A stretch of DNA of 64,000 bases from Octopus sinensis (Eukaryota): positions 82,398,001 to 82,462,000 of the forward strand of contig NC_042999.1 of assembly GCF_006345805.1 (NCBI RefSeq), written 5' to 3'. The notes under the pieces were generated by a model. That model was not told where the DNA came from. It made no database searches and saw nothing but the letters and a program-made list of their open reading frames with translations. Each line of letters opens with the position of its first letter. The stretch's first letter is position 1. Below, piece by piece: positions 1 through 12,729 of this stretch. The translations under genes and the position numbers were made by a program.

Positions 1-1920
1 GGGTTCGTGGGGGCATTTTGAGGATTGTGGAAGGTACGGTAGTTGAAGATTTGATATTAACAGAGCTGATAGTGGAGGAGACGGTCATCATATCGATGGC
101 AAAATACTGGCAATCATGTTTGGATCTGTGTCGTTAATATGTTCATTTTAGCAATTTTCGTGTTGATGGAGATGGCGGAGCAAAATATTTAAATTGTGGT
201 GGAGCAGAATATTTAAATAATGAACTAAACTGTTTTTCAAAATTCCCCCAAAACAATGAAATTTACAGCATAATACTTTAAATAAAATATATGTCTCTAT
301 TTCTCTAATAAATGAATATTTCGCAATTGAGACACTATGCCAAACGCTCTAGTTAGAGACAAAACATCACAAAGATTACGTTCCCTATTTCAAGCCAGTT
401 AGTATTTCAGATCTCAATAATCAGTCAGCTCTTTCATCCCGACCTTTCAGCATTTATATCGCGTGTATAAGATCATCAGCTGTAATTATCGTAAGTTTTG
501 GAAGGGACCTCATTAAATGCTAGGACGTTTAGAAAACTCGACTGTTTTTACGCAGTGCAATGGGGCATGTGTATCCCTTAGCAGCAAAATCTGATGCATA
601 CATCAGTCTCACTTATAAAGGAATGTTTTTCGTTATGCTTAAAATGAACGTTTTATGCTGGTGGTTTATTGTGACGCGTTTAGTACCTTATTCAATGTTC
701 TGTAAATCGAAAGCTGAACGATAAATATTGCTGCGTCAACCTTAAAAGAAGAGCTTTGTTATCAGAAGATTGCTCGCATTTTTCAGACAGAGCTACGACC
801 CAAACAGCATCAAAAACTTAGAACTAATTCGTAAGAAATGACTTGCCAATGTACTTCAATCACAATGTACTACATCACAATGTACTTCAATCACTGACCT
901 GTCGCTTCTTTACTTTTTTTTCTTTTTCCAACAAAATTACGATGAAGAACACGTACTATCCGTTCAAGTTCACACATCCACCTCCTGCCATTTTCCTTAT
1001 GTCCCCATACTGTCTATCACATTCCAACCACTAGATTAAACATTTTAGCCCATCATTTTTCCTTGGATACTGATATCTGTTAATCACTCTCCGCCCACAT
1101 TTTACTCCTAATGAATACAGCTTTTAACTTGTAAACTGGGATTTAAGAATAAGAACACGTGGAAATATTATATTTCCACATATTCTTATTGACATATATT
1201 TCATGTATGTCTTATCGTATATGTCTCATGTATATGCATGTGCATCCGCATTTAGTTTAATTACATAGATATATAAAAATGCGTTCTATGTTTAGTCCAA
1301 AATTAACCTACAACATATTAATTGATAATTGAATTCATGGGAAAATAGTTAATGTTCTTAGTTTAAGCTGTTTTCTAGAACAAATAAGATATTGATTTTG
1401 CAAAGTTGGTTCCGTTTTATAAGACAGCTTAGACCGATAAAAGATTGGATAAATAAATAGAAAAGGACTTGGCTCTGTTAATCTTCTAACAATGAACATT
1501 AATTGATAATCCCTATCTGCGAGTGGAGGGGGTCTGGTAGACACAGTGGATACTAGACTAAGCGTGTGCTTTTTTTTATGTCTTGTATTCAAATCCCATT
1601 AGATTTAATTTATGAGTTCAGTAAATTATGCATCAGCTAAATACAGCGAGTCAAAGTAAACGTGAGAAAGTACTATCAATAAATGTGCGACAACATTTAT
1701 TTATATCTTAATATACATATTATGCATTTTATTGTAATGGACGGGTCTTAATTCTGTATAAAAGAAACTGCATGCCTATGTAATTTTTTAATAGGGAGTG
1801 CTACTGTGTAATAAGAAAACCAGGTGAATCGATCTTTGACTGATGCAAGTGCCTGTAGGTACAAGAACATTAAAATACCGTTTAATTACATTTTGCATTT
1901 ATTGTTATTCTACCAGTTAA

Positions 1921-2153
1921 GGCGGCGAGGTGGCAGAAACGTTAGCACGCCGGGTGAAATGTGTAGCCGTATTTCGTCTGCCGTTACGTTCTGAGTTTAA
2001 AATCCCCCGAGGTCGACTTTGCTTTTCATCCTTTCGGGGTCAATTAAATAAGTACCAGTTACGTACTGGGGTAGATATAATCGACTTAATCCATTTGTCT
2101 GCCTTTGTTTGTCCTCTCTGTGTTTAACCCCTTGTGGGTAGTAAAGAAATAGG
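1921..2153 (+). mobile_element. tRNA-derived SINE (family A), near full length, followed by a degenerate second monomer to about 2280
   Basis: Starts GGCGGCGAGGTGGCAGAAACGTTAGCACG, has body TTCTGAGTTTAAAATCCCCCGAGGTCGACTTTGCTTTTCATCCTTTCGGGG and tail GTAGTAAAGAAATAGG. Closely matches copies at 21487-21709 and 59050-59338 on the - strand. Confidence 0.9.
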
Positions 2154-2714
2154 CATTTCGTCTGTCTTTACGTTACGAATCCAAATTCTGCAAAGGTTGC
2201 TTTGGCTTTTCAACTTTCCTAATTGATTAGCCTCCTTCTCAAACCCAAAATTTCAGACCTTTTGCCTATGATAGAAAAGACTTTCATTCCACCAACTAAA
2301 ATGGCACTTAGCAGCAAAATTACATTTAATTTTATCAGCCCAGGATTATTAAAATGCATACCAGTCATATGCCAAGCTAAACTTTAACAGATTTCAATTC
2401 TCACTCACAATGTGTGTCTCATACTGATGTTATAAATCATTAAATCAAATGAAAACGTGAATCGATGGCAGATATGATAGTGTCTCACTCAATGTTCTAC
2501 AGTTTCTAGTTATGAGCAACGTGTTTTGTATTCAAGACATATTGACCTTGACACTGCGTTTATCTGATCAAAATAAATGCCTGTAACTATTTAGAGTTGA
2601 TTTTTTTTACCATAACTCTTCTCTGTGTATGAACCCTGTTGGAAACTAAGAAATTGGTATCATAACAAGTAAGACAGGATATTCAGTGGCATTATTTCGT
2701 TCCGATTATAGGAC

Positions 2715-3105
2715 GCCGAGCATTTCGTCCGTTTTTACGTTCTGAGTTCAAATCCCCCTGAGGCTGACTTTGCTTTTCATCCTTTCGAGAATCGATAAAA
2801 TGAGTACTAGTTGATCACTGAGGTAAGTGATCGACTTACTCCCATACCCCCACCCATCCATATTTTTCTAATTTACTTGCATTGTGCTAAAATTTGAAAC
2901 CATTATTTCGTTTCGATTCAAACGTGATGATTTGGCAGAATCGTTAGCACAATGGACTTTTCGTTCTTCTTTACGTCCTGAGTTCAAATTCCGCCGAGGT
3001 CGACTTCACCCTTCATCATTTCGGGACCGATGTATTCGATTAGTCTTCTCACCTTCTCCACCAAAAACTTCAGGCCTTGTGCCTATAGTGAAAAAGGAAT
3101 ATTTC
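2715..3105 (+). mobile_element. Two tandem degenerate family A SINE copies
   Basis: Repeated TTACGTTCTGAGTTCAAAT...GAGG(C/T)(T/C)GACTT...TTCATC core at about 2737 and 2972, homologous to 1921-2153. Confidence 0.75.
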
Positions 3106-3669
3106 GTTCCGATTCCTTTCTTTGTAACCTTAAACTGTTCAGGTTCATTTTTTCTACAATCGATAAAATAAATATAAATCACGTACGAGTTAAATAAATA
3201 CATCCATCTACAAAAAATAATTCCCTTGCTGAAAATGAAACGAAGTATTATTAGGCATTCATTTCAAAATGAGGTAGAAGAGAAAATGTATGAAATGTGG
3301 AAAAGGTTCATGGGGTATCCATTTACGGTATTTTATATTCAAGTGTGGATTTGTGTTATTCAGTTGCTGTAGAGGTGATTAGACCATACATCAGACAACT
3401 ATTGGAGATTGTTTAATTAAATAAGCGCTGAACCTCACTCGCTCTTTAACAAATAAGCTTGTATAAATATAACAAAAATATATTGCAATTATGTTTCAAA
3501 GTCTCATTTTTTATCTTTATTTTTCCCTTTTTTAAAGAAGCTTATCTATTCAACTGAGTTTTGAGAGAAACGGAAAAATTAGTGCTAATAATTATCTTCT
3601 CTGGAGCTGTGATCACTCTCCGTTACTCTTTAGAATCTCGTAACGCTATAATGCTTTCAGAGACACACA

Positions 3670-3696
3670 TTCGTTTATACATACATACATACATAC

Positions 3697-3774
<78 letters not shown>

Positions 3775-3787
3775 GTATTATATTATA

Positions 3788-3854
<67 letters not shown>

Positions 3855-3930
3855 ATGTATATACATACCACACACAACATATATACATATATGTATGTGT
3901 ATACAGACACACACATATGTGTGTGTGTAG
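3670..3930. repeat. (TA)n/(TACA)n/(CA)n compound microsatellite
   Basis: Directly visible dinucleotide and tetranucleotide runs. Confidence 0.95.
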
Positions 3931-4663
3931 TATGTTGTTGTGTGCTTGTATTCAACATGATAATGCGTGTTAGCATTATTTTTTATGCGTGCTAAGATGG
4001 GAGCGCTAATTACAGACAGTCCTTCCATACTTAATAAACAATTTTGATTTGTTTTTTGTTGTTGTTGTAGATTTAAATCAGTGTATATTAATTTTTTTCT
4101 TTTCTTTTCCAAATTAAAAACCCCTTTAAACGTTTTAGGGAAAGCAAATATAAAGACGAATAAGAGATTAAGTCTAATTAGGATGCATAATTCGATGGTT
4201 AATTCTTAAATGCACTAAAGTAAATTCTAAACAAAATCAATAGTGAAAAACACATAAAAGTAGAAAACCAACCAGTTATCGTAGTGGATAGTGACAGTCT
4301 ATTATTTCAAGGCAAGTCTGGGACAACTTAATATAAACATTTTATAGTCTTAAACTCATCAACAGTATATTCTCTTATCGGCGTCCCATTATGCACGTGC
4401 TTATATGATATATATAGACACGTACATGTATATAATGTAACCATGAATTTGTGTATGTATATATTACATGCATATGTGGACACTCATCATTTTGTGTCAG
4501 CGCTATGTTTAGACGTATATGTGTATGTGTGCTTTTGAGCGTGTGAATATCTGGGTTTTATGAAAACATCGATGTTTACATAAAAACACCCTTGTACCCC
4601 TCTGTACATCTGTGTAGAAAATATATATACATACATAACACATATATATGTAGGATGTATATA

Positions 4664-4711
<48 letters not shown>

Positions 4712-5556
4712 TGTATACACACGTATATATATGTAGGGTATATATATATATATATATATACACACGCTACATAAGTGTGTCTGTATATCTGCAAGTTTTC
4801 TACACACACACAAAAACATACATACCTACATACATACATGTGTGTATGTATGTATATATGTATGTATATATTAATATATATATGTATATATAATTATACA
4901 CCTATCCGCTCATACGTGTCGATACGTTTAAAATGATAAGCTTATACACAGTACATGCTAACACACATAGCCACCAGCATCTGCCTTTATACAAATTTAT
5001 TCATGTCTATTCTTTTGTAGTCGAATAAGCGAGCGCATGTAGACTATTCAGAACGTGCTTGATTGTGTATCCGTGTTTCCTTTTTGTGAGTGTGTACGTG
5101 CGGGCGTGTGTGCGCATGCATGACGATACATATTTATATGCACGCATATTCATACACATATACTCATTCACAGCCACGCAAAAAAACACACACCAGGAAA
5201 TATATACACAGAGAGATACCTATACCCATAAAAGTACACGTGCATAGACAACCACGAAAGATTTCCTTCCATGCATACATACAAAAAGCAATTACTAACG
5301 GTAAAGTAGCTTAATGGTGTTTAAAAATCAATATATTTGTGTATACATAGGTTGCTTATACACAGTTGGTTGCATATACGAATTTTAGTTAAATACATGA
5401 ACTCATATAAGTGCATTCACGCAAAAGGGTGGCATGGCATACACAAGCATAGAGCGAAATGAATACAAAATGGCAAATATACAAGTAAATGAAATGAGGA
5501 CACAAACTCTGAGGTGATATAAACATACATGCATACATATTATATGCATATAAACA

Positions 5557-5599
<43 letters not shown>

Positions 5600-5612
5600 A
5601 TATATATATATG

Positions 5613-5985
5613 ACCCTTCATTTCTAGCATTGAACGACAATATGAGTCTTCGAAGTCAGTTTCTCCCATAAGTACCATAACAAAATCCTTCTTCTCCTCG
5701 TGTGATCATCTTTCTTTTCTTACAGGAGTGTCCTAAGGACTGCATATATCTTATCTCTTTCTTCTATCTTTTCTCTTGTCAAAGAAAATATTTGTCCGAC
5801 GTTCGCTATTTTTTCCTCGTTCTGGTCAAACAATGTTTGTTTTCGTTCGGTTTTCTTGTATGTCTCCACTGCCCTGTTTTGTTCCCACCTTTGACCCTCC
5901 ACAAATCCCAAATTTTATTTTGGTACTTATGGCAGAAACTGTCTTTGAAGACTCATAATGTCGTTCAATGCTCGAAATGAGGGGT
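5613..5985. mobile_element. MITE-like element with 74-bp terminal inverted repeats
   Basis: 5613-5686 and 5912-5985 are ungapped reverse complements with 8 mismatches in 74 nt. The 225-nt spacer is not self-complementary. Confidence 0.65.
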
Positions 5986-5991
5986 AGATAG

Positions 5992-6115
5992 ACAGATCGA
6001 CTTCGCCTTTCATCCTTTCGAGGTTGATAAATTAAGTACCAGATGCGTACTGGAGTTGATCTAATCGACTGACCTACTCCCCCAAAATTTCGGGCCTTGT
6101 GCTTAGAGTAAAAAA
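5992..6115 (+). mobile_element. 5'-truncated family A SINE
   Basis: TCGACTTCGCCTTTCATCCTTTCGAGGTTGATAAATTAAGTACCAG matches the family A body. Confidence 0.8.
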
Positions 6116-6225
6116 GAGACAAAAGAAAGAATACAATTTGCATTCTAAGCTGTGTGTTATCCTATTGCTACGATGAAACTTGAAGAGTCGTGTATTTAAC
6201 GAAATAGACTAAAATACGAGACACG

Positions 6226-6278
<53 letters not shown>

Positions 6279-6297
6279 ATGTGCGTGTATGTATGTA

Positions 6298-6338
<41 letters not shown>

Positions 6339-6659
6339 ATGTATGTGCTGTGTGTGTGTGTGTGTTGTTATATATGTGTATATGTATGTATGTATATATG
6401 TATATATGTGTGTATGCATATGTATGTATATGTTATGTGTGTATGTATGTGTATGTATGTATAAAATATTATATAATTAGGGCTTAGTAAAATAATTACT
6501 TTGCCACATACTGACTTTCTAGAAATAGCAGCCAAAAAAGTTTTTTAGCTCTTCCACTACTTAGAGAATATTTTCCCTCAGACATTGTTTACTCATAAAA
6601 TAATGGTCCTTTTACATACTGAATACTTGGTGAAATTGATTAATAACTAATTAACTTTA

Positions 6660-6749
6660 CCCTCAATTCTTGATATATGTATGTTTGTGATATATATGTG
6701 TGTGTATGTGTATATGTACATGTATGTATATGTGTATGTATGTTGTATG

Positions 6750-6844
<95 letters not shown>

Positions 6845-6995
6845 TGTATATATTTATATATATGTATATTTATATTATATGTATGTGTGTGTGTATATAT
6901 ATGTATATGCGAGTATGTAGAGATATAAGTATGTGCATGTGTATATATATGTGTGTATATATATTGTATGGTATGTGTATGTGTATGTATGTATG

Positions 6996-7026
<31 letters not shown>

Positions 7027-7408
7027 ATGTATGCATATACGTATATATGTATGTGTATATGTGTATGTATATATGTGTAAGTGTGTGTATAATATGTAAA
7101 TGTAAGTGTGTGTGCTTGTATGAGAATGTATGTATGTTTGCACACATGTATATATGTGTGTGTATGTGTATATGTATATATATATATGTATATATATATG
7201 TATATATATATATATGTATATATATGTGTATGTATATATATGTGTATGTGTGTGTGTGTATACATGTATTATGTGTATGTATGTATGTATATATATGCGT
7301 GTGTATGTGTATGTGTATATGTACATATACGCGTACGCTCTTGTGTTTATGTATATGTAGGTACGTAGAGTTATCTATGTGTGTATTTATATGTACATGT
7401 GTGTAAGT

Positions 7409-7439
<31 letters not shown>

Positions 7440-7993
7440 TGGTGTGTATATGGTGTGTGTATAATGTAGTATGTATATGTGTATGTGTATATATATGTGT
7501 ATATATGTATGATATAATATATATATATATAATATATATAATATATATATATTATATATATTATATATATATATATATATATCTATATATATATTATATA
7601 TATATATATATATGTGTTGTAAGTTTATATGTATGTATCTGTTCTATATAATAGGTAACTGCACGTACATATACTTAATATTTATTATTTATTTTTTGAG
7701 TATGCATGTATGAATAACTGCGCGTATATATATTTTTACTATTTACTTATTTTTGAGTATTCATGTAAGTATGAATATAAGGAGGCGCGTGTGTGTGTGT
7801 GTATGTGTAAGCATAGATATATGTATACTTTTACGCATGTGTGTACTTATGTGTATATATGGATGCGCGCGTGTGTGTGTTGTGTATGGGTACGCATGTA
7901 CATGTGTATGTGCGTGTATGAGTATATGAGTATGTATGTATGTGTGTGCGTATATTTGTATATGTATGTATGTATATGTATGTGTGTGTATTA

Positions 7994-8027
<34 letters not shown>

Positions 8028-8215
8028 ATGTATGTGGGTGTGTGTATGTGTAAATGTATGTATGTATGGTGTATGGATGTATGTTATGTATGTATACGTA
8101 TGTATGTGTATGTGTGTATATGTATGTATGTGTATGTGTGTATATATGTGTATATGTTGTGTATGCGTATGTGTGTATATATATTATGTATATATATGTG
8201 TATATATATATGTGA

Positions 8216-8249
<34 letters not shown>

Positions 8250-9045
8250 ATTTGTATGTAGGTGTATATGTATGTGTGTGTATTTACATTTATTGGTGTA
8301 TATATATAGACTAGCCTTCTAAGAGTGTAGATATGAATCTGTAGGTACGCGTACGTATGGTATATACGTGAATGTATGTAGATGTATGTATGTATGAATA
8401 TAACGCGTGCGTGCGTGTATGTGTATGAGTGTACGAATGAGTGAGTGTACGTGCTAAAGAGTGTGCGTGAGTGAATGGAGCTTGTTTTCCTTAGACAGAT
8501 AAATGGACTGGCTGTCATAGCCAAGATGTTTGTGACCAAGCGGCCCAAGATAACAAAAGTAATAACGAAGATAATAATATTAAAATTAGGGAATGGGTCT
8601 GTATTTGTATGTGTATATATATGTGTGTATGTGTAGGTATGCATAGGTACACATATGTATATATATATATATATATACATGTATGTATATGTATGTATGT
8701 GTGTGTTATGTGTGTGTATGTGTATATATGTGTATATAGGGACTAGTGTGCTGTGTGTGCATGTGTGTGTGTGGATATGTGTTGTATGCGTGTATGTGAG
8801 TATGTGTGGTGTATGTGTATATATATTTTTCTGTGCGTATATGTTTGTGGGTCGTGTGTGTATATATACATGTGTGTATACGTGTATGCATGTGAGTGTG
8901 TGTATGTATACATTATGTGTATGTGTAGATATGTATATGTATGTGTAAGTGTATATATATGTATATATATGTTGTGTATGTATGTGTGTATGTATAATAT
9001 GTATAATGTTTGTAGTGTGTGTATGTATGTATACATGTGTGCATA
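6660..9045. repeat. About 2.4-kb compound (TA)n/(TG)n/(TATG)n microsatellite tract, interrupted at about 8320-8600
   Basis: Alternating purine-pyrimidine low-complexity sequence. It accounts for the many [12 protein letters not shown] ORFs. Confidence 0.95.
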
Positions 9046-9139
9046 GGTATAAGTGAGAATCTCCTTATTTACCTAAAACTCTATTCCCCTTTTTTTATAT
9101 ATAGATTTTTTTTTTTTATTTTTTTATTTTTTTTTTTTA

Positions 9140-9350
9140 TTTATTCTTCTATCTAATTTAACACTGACTCCTTGACCACTCCCCCAAGTATGATATTTTG
9201 CGCTATGCCTACCCCCAAAAGTCCCCCACCAACACCCCTTTAAACCTGCCTAAATGTATAATGCCAATACAATTCTTGTTAACTAGCTTCCTGAAGATTT
9301 CTCTTGAATGAAACAGTTCTAGTCCTGTAGAAGCTCCTTCTATATAATAA
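9140..9350 (+). mobile_element. Penelope-like element terminal-repeat (pLTR) fragment carrying a hammerhead motif
   Basis: The 3' part (CTGAAGATTTCTCTTGAATGAAACAGTTCTAGTCCTGTAGAAGCTCCTTCTATATAATAA) recurs at 42110-42233 in both orientations. Hammerheads in PLE pLTRs are established; the family assignment is inference. Confidence 0.55.
9285..9335 (+). ncRNA. Type I hammerhead ribozyme motif
   Basis: Stem I AGCTTC(9285-9290)/GAAGCT(9330-9335); core CTGAAGA 9291-9297; stem II TTC/GAA with a U.U closing pair; GAAA 9310-9313; stem III ACAG/CTGT; cleavage triplet GUA ending at 9329. Confidence 0.75.
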
Positions 9351-9519
9351 ATATAATATATATATAAATAAATTATATATATATATATATATATGTGTGT
9401 GTGGTGTTGTTTGTGTGTGTGTGTGTGTGGTGGTGTGTGTGTGTGTGTGTATGTATATGTATGTATGCATATCTATTTATCTATTTATCTATCTCTCTAG
9501 ATAGATACTGAGATAGATA

Positions 9520-9627
9520 CTGAGAAGGTTATTTGTTATGACTGGCCGGTCGCCTGTACAGCGAAGTGTTTATAGGTGTGAAACCAATGGTTATCCTCTG
9601 ACCGGCCATGACAAACAACCTTCTAAG
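9520..9627. mobile_element. Short MITE-like hairpin flanked by TA
   Basis: Arms CTGAGAAGGTTATTTGTTATGACTGGCCGGTC and GACCGGCCATGACAAACAACCTTCTAAG are imperfect reverse complements. TA lies at 9518-9519 and 9628-9629. Confidence 0.55.
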
Positions 9628-9705
9628 TATATAATATAACATACATGTATGTGTGTATATGTGTATATGTGTGTATTCATACATGCATACATATATACGC
9701 GTATG

Positions 9706-9764
<59 letters not shown>

Positions 9765-10130
9765 TGTAAGCATTTATGTATGCATGTATGTGTCTATATA
9801 ACATATATCAGTTATACACGTATACGAGACATCAATTAATTTTCGTCTATTCTATGTAGATGCGTCTCTAATTACCTCATTCACTCTAATTTGTATCTTT
9901 ACATTGAGCAAGATTTTATGCCCAAAGGGGAATACACAGACAAACATCGTACATACATATATCTTCCACTCGCTAATGTTCTGCTAAATTAACCATACAA
10001 GATTCATTACTTCCAATAATGCATTTAGCTGGAGATTAACACCTATATAGTAATCCTAGTTAAAATCTACTTAAACACTGTTCTTTAAGACCTTCATAAA
10101 TCTTACCTCTCTTTTATTTATTGCTATTAT

Positions 10131-10132
10131 TG

Positions 10133-10206
<74 letters not shown>
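10131..10206. repeat. (ATT)n trinucleotide microsatellite
   Basis: Directly visible. Confidence 0.95.
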
Positions 10207-10574
10207 TGATATTTACATTTTGTTTTCTGGCATTGTCCATTAACATTTGTTTATATGTTGTATTCTCTGCTTATTTCCTCAGTTTCTCATTAGTCACTAT
10301 TTCCCTTTCTATTTTCCTATATTTCTTTCTTGTCTTTGTCATGTGTCCCTGTTACTCCTTATTTGTTGTGCAACTGTTTCTCACTTCACATCAGTCAAGT
10401 TAACCTCTTTTTCTTTTTCTCTCTCCGTCTCCTTCTTAAACATTCTCTCTTCTCTATCTCTATCTCTCTCTATGACATATATACTCATTGTTACTGTTTC
10501 GTCTTCTCGAATTGCCTCTCCAAGTCTCCCCAAATACCAATGTGAACCGGTGTCCCATTCTCTATCCTTCTTAC

Positions 10575-10677
10575 CACACACTTCAAGCAAATACAGAAAC
10601 AAACCGTACAGTAAAAGATTGTAGCAGTTAGAGACTCTACAAAAGGAGAGGCATGAAGGTCACAAATCTCACTACAG
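10575..10677 (-). other. Candidate internal exon (103 nt) of an unidentified gene; an alternative 62-nt version uses an internal acceptor
   Basis: Minus strand acceptor TTTTTATTGTGTCCAG, donor GTG|GTAAGA, and one open frame CSEICDLHASPFVESLTATIFYCTVCFCICLKCV. No homology confirmed. Confidence 0.3.
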
Positions 10678-11045
10678 CTGGACACAATAAAAACGATATT
10701 AGTGACAAGAATACAAAAATAAGTTGTGAAAGAAATATGTAAATGACAAGTTTACACTAATTTGTTGCTGTATTTTTTTTTGGCCTTTTAATGTACTGTA
10801 CTGAATAAGTGCTCGGCACAGCCATTTTATATCAGCTAATATTACACTAGCTACACTAGACTACATTGGAAGCAAGCTAGCTGAGATCTCGTAAATAACA
10901 AATAAATTCGTCTGCCTACTGATGCGTAAGATGTTTTTTTCCTTTTGTTTTTCAACATTTTATGTATGTGTGTATGTGTGTGTGTATATATATATATATA
11001 TAGATACTTGCATGTACACACACATTATATAGATATATATACTTT

Positions 11046-11091
<46 letters not shown>

Positions 11092-11319
11092 TGTATGTAT
11101 GTGTGCGTATATATATATATATATAATATATATATATATATGTATGTGCGTGTATGTTTTTGTGTGTAGTTCATATATTTGATTATTTTTGTTTTACGTT
11201 AATCTTATATTTTTTGTTATACGGTCTAGAAGATTCTAGGGGGAAAATGTTTGCTAATTATTATGGGAGACGTGTCTTATTATACCTGTGAATGTTCTAA
11301 TTACATATATATACATCAT

Positions 11320-11366
<47 letters not shown>

Positions 11367-12729
11367 TATATATATATGTATGTATGTATATGTATATCTA
11401 TATGTATATATATGTATATATACTTATGTGTATGTATTGGTATATATACATCTATTTTTCTATCTATACATGTTTCTATATATAAATGTGGGGAGAGTAA
11501 TGTGTTTATGTTTGGAAGGCGAAAGTTGTTGCCAATGATACATTTTTGAATCAGTGTGTGCCAAGCTATATGAGACAAAATAAAGGAAAATTATATATGT
11601 ATGGATTTATTTGTATGGGAAGAGTTTCGTCAAATGTGTGTAGTACCAAATTAGATATTTCCTGATATTTAGTTTCCTACTGGCCAATTCTTTTTAAGTT
11701 GGAATCCAATATCTCCCCGCTCTTTGTCATGGAAAAAGTAAATGAGTTCAACATTTTTGTTCTAATTATTCCTTATATATATTACCCTAAGTGGATGTTA
11801 ATATTGTCTCATTTTTGCCTATTTCTGTGGTTTACGGCATTAACGAATGAGCCGTGATTCTGATTTAGTCTGTTAGATATTAGAGCCAAGTATTTCTCAG
11901 ATCTCACATTACATTCTCAAAAAGGAAACGACATATGGAAAGTGTAGTTCTTAAATACGGGACGGTCTTGGTTAGAATGATTTTAGTCATAGTGCCGCTC
12001 AACCTGAGTTGAACCGAAGCAAAACAATAGCGACAATGATATCAACAACAGTTTCTCCTGGATCATTTCACGCTACAAAAACTAAATTGTATGAGAGGAA
12101 ATCCTGCACCTATATAATATACATTAGTCTCTGTCCGATAATTTTCCAATCAAAACAATTAGTCTCAATACTTCATTTGTGATAGGCTTTACTCAACACT
12201 ATCCTTTTCCGCTCTCGTTAATTGACTTGTTGAGGAACAAATCTCATTGGAGATAACACCAAACAAATTACATACATTCTTACGCGCAGTTGACTTAGCG
12301 CTATTCATGCTTTTTGTCATATCAATACAGCCCTCCATGTGATATTAAGTATTATAGAAGATTATATGTACCTTATGTAAGATATTTACTGCCGACTGTA
12401 ATCCCATCACAACACAAAATAATCGTAAATCAAAATAGAGAACTGAGAATGTGGAGAAAAAAATTGAAATCTTTGTTTTGTTATTTAAGGAAGAGTTATG
12501 ATGACTAAGAGGAGAAAGTAAACCATAACACTCTTATTGATTAAAAGTTCACATCTACTTAATTTGTATCATTTTCGTTCTGGAGGTAGAAACTATTACT
12601 CTAAGTTACGTATACCAATACGAAGTAACAGATAAATTTAGCAATGTAGAAAGTTATATATGAGTTCGTATCATCCATGATTGTGGATATTCCTTTGTAG
12701 CTAAAATGTAATACATACATCACATCTCA

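Noticed and set aside
300-600. Minus-strand LTIITADDLIHAI*MLKG resembling a LINE pre-RT segment
   Set aside because: Too short and interrupted by stops to assign.
787-830. TTTTTCAG...GTAAGA-bounded 44-nt segment (QSYDPNSIKNLELI)
   Set aside because: A plausible pseudo-exon. Two frames are open, with no homology or partner exon, and such site pairs are common in AT-rich DNA.
3284-3330. KCMKCGKGSWGIHLR, C2H2-like start
   Set aside because: It lacks the conserved Phe and the two His ligands at the right spacing.
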